Shown here one piece after another: positions 56,271 through 63,377 of a stretch of DNA of 63,377 nt. Under the pieces are notes generated by a model. That model made no database searches and was not told where the DNA came from. It saw nothing but the letters and a program-made list of their open reading frames with translations. Position 1 is the first letter of the stretch, and each line of letters starts with the position of its first letter. A program made the position numbers and the translations under genes. The DNA is from Bacteroidia bacterium (GTDB lineage Bacteria > Bacteroidota > Bacteroidia > JABEUT01): positions 1 to 63,377 of the forward strand of contig DATHNG010000217.1 in the NCBI GenBank assembly GCA_035486275.1, read 5' to 3'.

Positions 56271-57251
56271 TTATTGCAGAAAATCTTTAAGCTCATCCGT
56301 TCTTTGTTTCGTAAAGAATGTTTGAATAGAGCTTTCACTTATACCGGGGCAAACTACTTGACCAAACTTAACCCACGCTTCTTTGAACAATATCCATTTT
56401 CTTTCAGTGGTTTTAATTCCTTCCTTTGTTACGGTACCCCAATCATAGGGGCCTACCTTTTTCTCCATTATTTTTTTGTAAGTCACATTCAGCATACTGT
56501 CGGCCATTGCAAAATCTTTATCTGAACAAGCAGGAAATGAATGCGCACCCGCTTTCACTATTTCATTTAGAAAATCTTTTTCAAGTGTGTTTTGTTCTGC
56601 TGACTGAAATGCCGACCTCATTGTACCCGACAGATCAATCTCGTTATTAACCCTGGTATTAAAAAACACTTCTGCCACTTTATAAAGTTTTGAAAGTGCA
56701 GCAGTATCTTTCGCAGGCCAGTTAGCAGTAACAGAATCTAACACCCTCTGCCTACCCCATTCTTGTATTATTGTATTAAGATCTTCACATACACCTGACA
56801 TCATTCCGCTTGTTATATCATCACATATACTAAAGACCGTATCAATATTGTATTGCTTTAATCTTTTCAAATGGGCTGTTCTGTATTCCAGTTCTGCCGG
56901 GGCGCTCCATATATTAGCACAAGCCAAACGCAGACTGATATCAAAGTTCTTTTTCACTCCATAACCATTGGCATATAACATCATTAAAATTGCCGGGCCC
57001 CCAATCGTTTCAGAAGTGCTGTCCTCTAATTCTTTAAAAGCCAGATACCTTGCATTTACATAATCAATTGGCACGCCAATTCCGTAATAATAGTCTTTTG
57101 AAAGCTTTGCCTTCAGTTTGTCTTTACTGAAACCTGCAGGCGGCAGATCCTTTTTCGGGAAATCAGAAACCTTCATTGGTTTGCAGGTATCCTGTGCGTT
57201 GCAGATAAATACAATCAAAGAAAAGGCTATGATAAATGAAATTCTCATCAC
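56271..57251 (-). CDS. secreted protein with Sel1-like repeats and a C-terminal DUF1311 (LprI-like) domain
   Basis: It has a signal peptide. YYYGIGVPIDYVNARYLAF and LYANGYGVKKNFDISLRLA look like Sel1 repeats. CSDKDFAMADSMLNVTYKKI...ERKWILFKEAWVKFGQVVC matches the DUF1311 pattern. Confidence 0.55.
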   Translation of the reverse strand: MMRISFIIAFSLIVFICNAQDTCKPMKVSDFPKKDLPPAGFSKDKLKAKLSKDYYYGIGVPIDYVNARYLAFKELEDSTSETIGGPAILMMLYANGYGVKKNFDISLRLACANIWSAPAELEYRTAHLKRLKQYNIDTVFSICDDITSGMMSGVCEDLNTIIQEWGRQRVLDSVTANWPAKDTAALSKLYKVAEVFFNTRVNNEIDLSGTMRSAFQSAEQNTLEKDFLNEIVKAGAHSFPACSDKDFAMADSMLNVTYKKIMEKKVGPYDWGTVTKEGIKTTERKWILFKEAWVKFGQVVCPGISESSIQTFFTKQRTDELKDFLQ

Positions 57252-57260
57252 ACAAAATTA

Positions 57261-57292
57261 AATGAAAAAGGGCGGTTATCTACCGCCCTTTT
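57261..57292 (-). terminator. rho-independent terminator of the peroxiredoxin gene
   Basis: The stem is aagggcgg / ccgccctt with loop ttatcta. On the minus strand it is followed by tttttcattt. Confidence 0.85.
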
Positions 57293-57312
57293 CTATGACT
57301 TATAAACTACCC

Positions 57313-57951
57313 CTATTTCTTAGTAGCAAGGTATTTTGCAGTACCGGCATGTGAGCCTTCCATACCCTTTTCACCCTTTCTCCAGTTAGCAGGACAAACT
57401 TCTCCTACTTCTTCGTTGAACTGAAGTGCATCTACCATACGGATAGCTTCATCAACATTACGGCCAAGCGGAAGGTCGTTCACTAACATGTGGCGCACTA
57501 CTCCTTTCTTATCAATCAGGAACAAACCGCGGAAAGCAATGGTATCGCCTTCTGCAGTTAATTTTCCTTGTGCATCCATTTTATATTCGCCTGAAAGCAC
57601 ACCATAGTTAATCGATATCATTTTGGTAGTATCAGCTACTATAGGATAGGTAATACCTTTAATACCACCTTGCTCCTTTGCCATTTGCAACCAGCCCCAG
57701 TGCGATTGTTCCGTATCGGTTGAACAAGCAACCAATGCTACATTACGTTTTTCAAATTCTGCCAATGCATCCTGAAATGCGTGAAGTTCCGTAGGACAAA
57801 CGAATGTAAAATCCTTTGGATAGAAAAAGAACACTACATATTTTTTACCGATGTATTGTTCCAATGAAAAATCGTTGATTATCTGGTCGCCAAATGCAAC
57901 TGCACTTGCCTTAAACGCAGGGGCCTTTTTACCCACTAATGTTGTTATCAT
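57313..57951 (-). CDS. 2-Cys peroxiredoxin (AhpC/TSA family)
   Basis: The peroxidatic Cys motif is FFFYPKDFTFVCPTE. The resolving Cys lies in EVCPANW. Confidence 0.93.
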   Translation of the reverse strand: MITTLVGKKAPAFKASAVAFGDQIINDFSLEQYIGKKYVVFFFYPKDFTFVCPTELHAFQDALAEFEKRNVALVACSTDTEQSHWGWLQMAKEQGGIKGITYPIVADTTKMISINYGVLSGEYKMDAQGKLTAEGDTIAFRGLFLIDKKGVVRHMLVNDLPLGRNVDEAIRMVDALQFNEEVGEVCPANWRKGEKGMEGSHAGTAKYLATKK

Positions 57952-58051
57952 TTTTTATGTTTTTAAAGTTATTTACTTAATAGACGCGCAAAGATATGAA
58001 AGCCCTTCCAGATTTAGAATGACCTATATCACCTTGCTGAATATCAGCGAA

Positions 58052-59026
58052 TTACTTACCTAAAATATAGGCAAACATAAGCGGTGCAACAATGGTCGCA
58101 TCCGATTCTATTATAAAGCGAGGTGTTTTATCACTCAGCTTACCCCATGTTATTTTTTCGTTCGGCACAGCGCCCGAATATGAACCATAACTTGTGGTAG
58201 AATCAGATATCTGGCAGAAATAAGCCCAGAAAGGAGTATCCGTTCTTTCCATATCCTGGTACAACATTGGCACCACACAAATAGGGAAGTCACCTGCTAT
58301 ACCACCACCTATCTGGTAAAAACCTATACCCTGGCCTTTAGAATTCTTGGTGTACCAGTTAGCCAACCACATCATATATTCTATACCACTCTTCATAATA
58401 CTTGGCTGCAATTCTTCTTTAATACAGTATGAAGCAAAAATATTTCCCATGGTAGAATCTTCCCAACCCGGAACAATAATTGGCAGATTCTTTTCTGCCG
58501 CTGCCATCATCCAGCTATTCTTTACATCAATTTCATAATTCTTTTTCATTACACCCGAAAGCAATAACTGGTACATATATTCATGCGGAAAATAACGCTT
58601 GCCTGTGTCCTGTGCCTTTTTCCAGAGCTTATGTATGTGTTTTTGTATTCTGCGGAAAGCCTCTTCTTCAGGAATACAGGTATCAGTAACACGGTTAAAG
58701 CCATGTTCTAATAAATCCCACTCCTCAGCAGGCGACAGTTGACGATAGTTAGGAACCCTTTTATAGTGGCTATGTGCAACCAGGTTCATAATATCTTCTT
58801 CAAGGTTAGCGCCTGTGCATGATATTATAGACACCATATCCTTACGTATCATTTCAGCTAACGAAATGCCCAGCTCAGCCGTACTCATTGCACCGGCTAG
58901 GGTAATCATCATTTTGCCTTTTTTATCCATGTGCGCTATATACGCCTTGGATGCATCTACCAGTGTTGCAGAGTTAAAGTGCAGATAGTTGGTATCGATA
59001 AACGAAGAAATAGGTCCTTTTTTCAT
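58052..59026 (-). CDS. deoxyhypusine synthase family protein
   Basis: ITLAGAMSTAELG, ISCTGANLEEDI and GGGIAGDF match the DHS/homospermidine-synthase-like fold. Confidence 0.8.
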   Translation of the reverse strand: MKKGPISSFIDTNYLHFNSATLVDASKAYIAHMDKKGKMMITLAGAMSTAELGISLAEMIRKDMVSIISCTGANLEEDIMNLVAHSHYKRVPNYRQLSPAEEWDLLEHGFNRVTDTCIPEEEAFRRIQKHIHKLWKKAQDTGKRYFPHEYMYQLLLSGVMKKNYEIDVKNSWMMAAAEKNLPIIVPGWEDSTMGNIFASYCIKEELQPSIMKSGIEYMMWLANWYTKNSKGQGIGFYQIGGGIAGDFPICVVPMLYQDMERTDTPFWAYFCQISDSTTSYGSYSGAVPNEKITWGKLSDKTPRFIIESDATIVAPLMFAYILGK

Positions 59027-59094
59027 AGTTAGAAGATTTGCGGCAAAAATAACATAATCCTATTAAGGTTGAGATTAAACTAAGGTTAAGACAT

Positions 59095-59130
59095 GGAACG
59101 CAGATACCGCAGATTGTTTATGATTTCTGC
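59095..59130. repeat. GAACGCAGAT-type REP, half copy E3
   Basis: The sequence is ggaacgcagataccgcagattgtttatgatttctgc. Confidence 0.6.
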
Positions 59131-59408
59131 TTTATAAAACCTTCAATTTTTTGGGCGTTCCCCTATGGGTCGGGCTATACGCTACAACTCCGCGCTACCC
59201 TTGCGGGGTTTCCGCTGCTATCCCTAACGCGACTCCGCCTGTCAGTCTGAGCTTGTCGAAGACCTTCCTTTATGGCCCCACCTCATTTCCTCCCCTAAAA
59301 CGGAGGACGTTACTTTCTGCCTTTGCCCCATTCCTTACTTTCCCCAACGCGGGGAAAGCGTTACAGTACCTATGTATTTAGCCTCCCCGCATTGGGGAGG
59401 TTGGAGGG
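59131..59408. repeat. composite stretch of REP-type modules and CCTCCCC/GGGGAGG-type hairpins
   Basis: Three hairpins are present: tcctcc..ggagga (59288-59307), ctttcccc-aacgc-ggggaaag (59338-59358) and cctcccc-gcatt-ggggagg (59382-59400). The gtcagtctgagcttgtcgaag module is also present. The ORF-track entry 59151..59381 is read through these. Confidence 0.6.
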
Positions 59409-59426
59409 GCGACCTCACCCCGCCCT
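59409..59426 (+). repeat. GACCTCACCC REP, truncated copy B3, overlapping the 3' end of the DUF5681-like CDS
   Basis: The sequence is gcgacctcaccccgccc. The minus-strand stop codon of 59415..59771 lies inside it. Confidence 0.6.
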
Positions 59427-59771
59427 TATATAACTCCTCGTAGTTTCCTCAATAGTCTGTGTAGCAACCTTCCTAAGCTTTTCAAATATCTCATCAATCT
59501 CCTGGTCGGTCAGGCGATCAAGATTGACATCGCTGCTTTCAGCACGTACTTTACCAAGGCCATAAGGCAACATCTCAACATAGAACTTTATTTTGTCCTT
59601 GCTGGGCATAGTATTTATTTCTTCAACTACGGCTTCAAAATTATTGACCAGGAAATTCTCTATCATTTCCCGTAATTGTTTTTTTCGTTTGTTCTGCGAA
59701 CCTACAGGCCTGCCCTCAGGGTTGCCTGATTCTCCTTTTGTAAATGGCATTGTATTGTATTTTCTTGTCAT
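59415..59771 (-). CDS. DUF5681-like (phage-associated) small protein, orphan
   Basis: The N-terminal FTKGESGNPEGRPVGSQNK is the G-x-SGNP-x-GRP-x-G motif seen in DUF5681 and phage small-terminase-like proteins. The last codons (RAG*) are read from a REP copy. Confidence 0.5.
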   Translation of the reverse strand: MTRKYNTMPFTKGESGNPEGRPVGSQNKRKKQLREMIENFLVNNFEAVVEEINTMPSKDKIKFYVEMLPYGLGKVRAESSDVNLDRLTDQEIDEIFEKLRKVATQTIEETTRSYIRAG

Positions 59772-59877
59772 AAAGCGAACCGAGTGATTTGCTTTATGAG
59801 TGTGGATTTAATAATACAAAGTTAGTAGTAGTGCTACCTTTTTATTTCGGAATAGTGATGTGTTTTTCAACAACCCG

Positions 59878-59911
59878 ATTTAGGAGTAAGGGATAAGGAG
59901 TAAGGAATAAG
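59878..59911 (+). repeat. GTAAGG-type repeat, copy A3
   Basis: The sequence is atttaggagtaagggataaggagtaaggaataag. It is nearly identical to A2. Confidence 0.8.
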
Positions 59912-60022
59912 TCGGGCAGAGTGCTAAAGTCCCCTCTTGGGAGGGGTTGGGGTGGGTTTCCAAACTTTACCACAAAGCACACAAAATTTTACTACCGACT
60001 AATGACTAACCACTAACGACTA

Positions 60023-60051
60023 TTCTATTGATAATAACAATAAAATACAAT
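60023..60051 (+). repeat. 29-nt AT-rich conserved box, copy H2
   Basis: The sequence is ttctattgataataacaataaaatacaat. Confidence 0.7.
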
Positions 60052-60168
60052 GAACTCAATTGCTAAAATATATAGCCAATATTTTTACAATAAATTGATT
60101 ATCAAATAATTATAAGCTATTTTGCTTGCTAAAATGTATTGTCAAGAAAAATGAAGATTTTGCATAAA

Positions 60169-60206
60169 GCGACCTCACCCTGACCCTCTCCTGCAAGGAG
60201 AGGGAA
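60169..60206 (+). repeat. GACCTCACCC..CCCTCTCC-TGCA-GGAGAGGG REP, complete copy B4
   Basis: The sequence is gcgacctcaccctgaccctctcctgcaaggagagggaa, with a perfect 8-bp stem. It lies 7 nt beyond the stop of the minus-strand T9SS gene. Confidence 0.8.
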
Positions 60207-60212
60207 TTGGAA

Positions 60213-61286
60213 CTACTGAATTATCAATTTCTCACTTCCAATAACATCTCCATTTCTGGTAGTAATCCTATACAAGTAAATACCCGCAGGTTGCTTGCTA
60301 ATATCAATTGTACTCAAAGCCCCTTTAGGGGTTTGGGGCAAAAGGGCTTCATATATTCTTTCCCCCATCATATTATATACATCTACAACTGATGCGCCTT
60401 CCCCGCTTGGGGAAGGTAGGGTTAGGGTGAACACCCCCTTGCTCGGATTTGGAAACACTTTCAATTGTCCTTTGTTACTTGTCAATTGATTAACCGATTC
60501 AAGGCTATCTGCATAATTACTATCGGTGCTCACTATTACATCGTCTATATAATAGTAAGCACTTCCTGTACCAGAATACCCTACATACCTGATTGAACTC
60601 AATGAATCATTTTTGAAATTACCTATTACAATGTACTTTTCTCCACCTTTAGCCATAAAACTTCCTGACACTTTCATCCAATTGAGTGTATCTATTAACT
60701 CTTGTTTTTTAGGGTTATTTGCTACTTGTGGGGTATATGGTAGTAACTCGGGCAATGAACTGTTATCTAGTGTTACATAAGAATTTGAGAAATACGCTCC
60801 AACATCACTGCACGCAAACTCGGAAGAATTATGCAGGTTCGTAAAAAAAGTTACATAGTATTTCACTCCTGCTATTAAAGAATCAGCAAGTACAGTTTCC
60901 AAATATTCTCTTGAATTTTTATAGTTTGTATTACCATAAGGATAAATCGAGTCAGCTGGGAATCCTGTTACAAAAGGACTTATTCCTGCATAAGATACCC
61001 CTGTGTGTGCATACTGAAAACCATAATCAGCATTATACGGCACACTTCCTGATGATGAGGTTGCCCCACTTCCTGTTCCAGTATCGCCAGGGCATTGAGC
61101 TGTAAAATAAAAAAGGCCGTAGTTTTCACCTTGCCCTGTCCAATCAGAAACGTAATTGATAAATTGATTACAGTTCTGAGGGCATTGAATAATATTCTCA
61201 AACGAATAATTAGGCACAAGATTTTGTCCCTTAGCAAAACAAAGCGCGATAAGGAACAACAGACTAAGTAATGCCTTTCTTTTCAT
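60213..61286 (-). CDS. secreted protein with T9SS type A C-terminal sorting domain
   Basis: It has the signal peptide MKRKALLSLLFLIALCFAKGQ. The tail is KVFPNPSKGVFTLTL...VDVYNMMGERIYE...GIYLYRITTRNG...EKLIIQ. Confidence 0.8.
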   Translation of the reverse strand: MKRKALLSLLFLIALCFAKGQNLVPNYSFENIIQCPQNCNQFINYVSDWTGQGENYGLFYFTAQCPGDTGTGSGATSSSGSVPYNADYGFQYAHTGVSYAGISPFVTGFPADSIYPYGNTNYKNSREYLETVLADSLIAGVKYYVTFFTNLHNSSEFACSDVGAYFSNSYVTLDNSSLPELLPYTPQVANNPKKQELIDTLNWMKVSGSFMAKGGEKYIVIGNFKNDSLSSIRYVGYSGTGSAYYYIDDVIVSTDSNYADSLESVNQLTSNKGQLKVFPNPSKGVFTLTLPSPSGEGASVVDVYNMMGERIYEALLPQTPKGALSTIDISKQPAGIYLYRITTRNGDVIGSEKLIIQ

Positions 61287-61415
61287 GGCTCTTGGGTTAA
61301 GGCAAATATACCTTATTTAAAACTAAATTCCCTATCAAACTGATTATCTTCATTATTCCTTCATCTTTCAATTATAGTTTCGCTATCATAAACTAACAAT
61401 TAAACCTTAATCGTC

Positions 61416-61625
61416 ATGAAAAAGTCAATCGTAGTATTATCAGCACTGGTATTATTCGCAGGTGTATCATTTGGCCAAGATGCTTCTAAAGCAGCTCCTG
61501 CTAAGCAAGATGCAAAAACAGCTAAGGCTGGTGATGCAAAGGACAGCAAGAAAGATGGCAAGGCTACCAAGCCAGCTGCTAAGCCTGCTGCAAAGGATGA
61601 CAAGAAAGCTGCTGACAAGAAATAA
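61416..61625 (+). CDS. small secreted Lys/Ala/Asp-rich low-complexity protein (69 aa)
   Basis: It has the signal peptide MKKSIVVLSALVLFAGVSFGQ, then DASKAAPAKQDAKTAKAGDAKDSKKDGKATKPAAKPAAKDDKKAADKK. A strong terminator hairpin follows directly. Confidence 0.6.
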   Translation: MKKSIVVLSALVLFAGVSFGQDASKAAPAKQDAKTAKAGDAKDSKKDGKATKPAAKPAAKDDKKAADKK

Positions 61626-61644
61626 TTTTTATTTCACAGCTATT

Positions 61645-61680
61645 AATAAGGGCCGTACCAGTACGGCCCTTATTATTTTA
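61645..61680 (+). terminator. rho-independent terminator of the KA-rich small protein gene
   Basis: The stem is aataagggccgt / acggcccttatt. It is followed by a T-rich tail (attttagg). Confidence 0.8.
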
Positions 61681-61738
61681 GGCAATTATCTATCAATATC
61701 CGCCAAAATAGCCTACTTTTGCAAATCTTTTTTAGGTT

Positions 61739-63377
61739 ATGATCTCATTAAATGGTATAAATGTAAGTTTCGGGGGTACAACCCTGTTCGAAAATGTTAG
61801 TTTCCTTATTAACCCGAGGGACCGTATAGGCCTTGCCGGAAAGAACGGTGCAGGTAAAAGTACTATGCTGAAACTGCTTGCAGGTGAACAGTCACCTACT
61901 TCAGGCAGTATTGGCAAGCCTAAAGGGGTAAAAATTGCTTATTTGCCTCAGGATATGGTTCACCAGCATGGCAAAACCGTGTTGGAAGAAACGGCTACCG
62001 CATTTGCTGAGATACAACAACTGGAAAACCGCCTTACTGAAATAAACCACGAATTAGAGACCCGTACCGATTACGAAAGCGATTCATATTCTAACCTTAT
62101 TACCGAAATAACCGATGTTTCCCATCGCCTTGACATATTGGGTTCAGGTAATATGGATGAGGAAATTGAGAAGAAATTAAAAGGATTAGGCTTTGAACGT
62201 TCCGATTTTAACAGGCAAACATCTGAACTTAGTGGCGGATGGAGAATGCGTATTGAGCTGGCAAAACTGTTATTGCAAAAGCCCGATGTATTATTGCTCG
62301 ATGAGCCTACCAACCACCTTGACATTGAATCGATGCAATGGCTTGAAGAGTTTATGGAAACCTTCGACGGGGCATTGGTGCTTATATCGCACGATAAAAA
62401 ATTCCTCGATAACGTTACCAACCGCACCATTGAAATATCGAACAAAAAGATATACGATTACAAAACGAACTATAGCCAGTACCTGATCCTTCGCCAGGAA
62501 AGACGCGAACAACAGGAAGCAGCTGCCAAGAACCAGCAAAAGATAATTAACAAGACACAGATACTGATAGATAAGAACCGTGCCAAAGCAAGTAAAGCGG
62601 CATTTGCACAATCGCTTATCAAGAAACTCGATAAAATGGAAATAGTTGAAGTAGATGAAGCGGATACCTCTTCTATTTATTTCAAATTTCCGCCACCGGC
62701 GCACAGTGGCAAAATTGTGCTTACGGTTGAAAATGCTTCTAAAGAATACCCGGGCAAACCCATATTTTCAGGTGCTAACTTTATTATTGAAAAAGGCGAG
62801 CGCATTGCATTTGTAGGCCGTAATGGTGAAGGCAAAACAACCATGATGAAAATGATAGCTAAACAGACTGACTTTAAGGGTACGGTTCAGTTGGGTGGTA
62901 ATATATTAATGGGGTATTTTGAACAGGATCAGGCCGAGAAACTCGATGTAAATAAAACCGTTTTCGATACTATTGATGAGCTTGCCGTGGGAGATGTACG
63001 TAGCAGGATACGTAACCTGTTAGGTGCATTTTTATTCAGCGGCGATGATATTGATAAAAAAGTGAGGGTATTAAGTGGTGGCGAACGCGGAAGGTTGGCG
63101 CTTTGTAAACTTCTGTTACAACCCTATAACCTGCTTATCCTCGATGAGCCTACCAACCACCTTGACATCCGTTCAAAAGATATTTTGAAACGTGCATTGC
63201 TGGAGTATGAAGGCACACTTATTATCGTATCTCACGATCGTGATTTTTTAGATGGCCTTGTACACAAGCTATACGAATTCAGGGAAGGGCATGTAAAAGA
63301 ACACCTGTGCGATATAAATGAGTTTATGCGTAAGCGTAAACTGGAAAGGATGGTTGAGCTAAAGAGTACGGTAAAGC
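61739..63377 (+). CDS. ABC-F family ATPase (two NBDs), C-terminus beyond the right edge
   Basis: Hand translation from ATG 61739 gives MISLNGINVSFGGTTLFENVSFLINPRDRIGLAGKNGAGKSTMLKLLAG. The signature and Walker B are LSGGWRMRIELAKLLLQKPDVLLLDEPTNHLD. The second NBD has GRNGEGKTT and LSGGERGRLAL...LILDEPTNHLD. There is no TM domain and no stop in the window. Confidence 0.9.
   Translation, partial: MISLNGINVSFGGTTLFENVSFLINPRDRIGLAGKNGAGKSTMLKLLAGEQSPTSGSIGKPKGVKIAYLPQDMVHQHGKTVLEETATAFAEIQQLENRLTEINHELETRTDYESDSYSNLITEITDVSHRLDILGSGNMDEEIEKKLKGLGFERSDFNRQTSELSGGWRMRIELAKLLLQKPDVLLLDEPTNHLDIESMQWLEEFMETFDGALVLISHDKKFLDNVTNRTIEISNKKIYDYKTNYSQYLILRQERREQQEAAAKNQQKIINKTQILIDKNRAKASKAAFAQSLIKKLDKMEIVEVDEADTSSIYFKFPPPAHSGKIVLTVENASKEYPGKPIFSGANFIIEKGERIAFVGRNGEGKTTMMKMIAKQTDFKGTVQLGGNILMGYFEQDQAEKLDVNKTVFDTIDELAVGDVRSRIRNLLGAFLFSGDDIDKKVRVLSGGERGRLALCKLLLQPYNLLILDEPTNHLDIRSKDILKRALLEYEGTLIIVSHDRDFLDGLVHKLYEFREGHVKEHLCDINEFMRKRKLERMVELKSTVK

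Noticed and set aside
59151-59381. 76-aa ORF MGVPLWVGLYATTPRYPCGVSAAIPNA...
   Set aside because: It is read entirely through stacked REP and hairpin modules and starts at a TTG. This peptide style is the usual translation artefact of Bacteroidota intergenic repeats.
61400-61618. 72-aa minus-strand ORF mirroring the KA-rich gene
   Set aside because: The GCN/AAR-rich low-complexity DNA is open on both strands. Only the plus frame has a proper signal peptide, an ATG in good context and a downstream terminator.

Overview
This 63.4-kb chromosomal window reads as Bacteroidota, probably Chitinophagia or Sphingobacteriia. Six proteins end in T9SS C-terminal sorting domains, five type A and one type B (gliding-motility CTD). 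The succinate dehydrogenase uses a b558-type cytochrome b subunit. Genes are tightly packed, several with overlapping stop/start codons, and the intergenic DNA is full of short palindromic repeat families.

About 56 CDS are supportable. Most are ordinary housekeeping genes: recQ, sdhCA, a methylmalonyl-CoA-mutase-type gene, lepA, rsmE, murB, pheS, hemE, relA/spoT, purS, trmB, tdh, trhO, recJ, cysDN, a peroxiredoxin, a deoxyhypusine-synthase-like gene and an ABC-F ATPase. I found no rRNA, tRNA, tmRNA, CRISPR array, transposase, integrase or complete known defence system.

The candidates most worth a second look:
- An ECF-sigma operon (46130-51250). Its putative anti-sigma factor is fused through a long low-complexity linker to a PorT-like outer-membrane beta-barrel, and it is followed by a PKD lipoprotein and a PKD/T9SS cargo.
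- An AT-rich two-gene cassette (24784-25745) encoding a 99-aa three-TM protein and a stand-alone ABC ATPase. It sits between divergent mcm and lepA and is bracketed by ~80-bp direct repeats.
- The left edge: a truncated DUF262 gene, a stand-alone 4x CxxCxGxG zinc-finger miniprotein and a repeat-bracketed 61-aa ORF.
- An AT-rich islet (18.5-21 kb) with an orphan HTH protein and a YD-repeat-like secreted protein.
- Several non-coding elements: a ~100-bp MITE-like palindrome in two copies, a two-copy motif with one compensatory base-pair change, a 4-hairpin array, and REP-like hairpins inside a coding T9SS domain.

All family calls come from motif recognition by eye. No database search, GC calculation or RNA folding was run, and none of the candidates is demonstrably a new system from this sequence alone.
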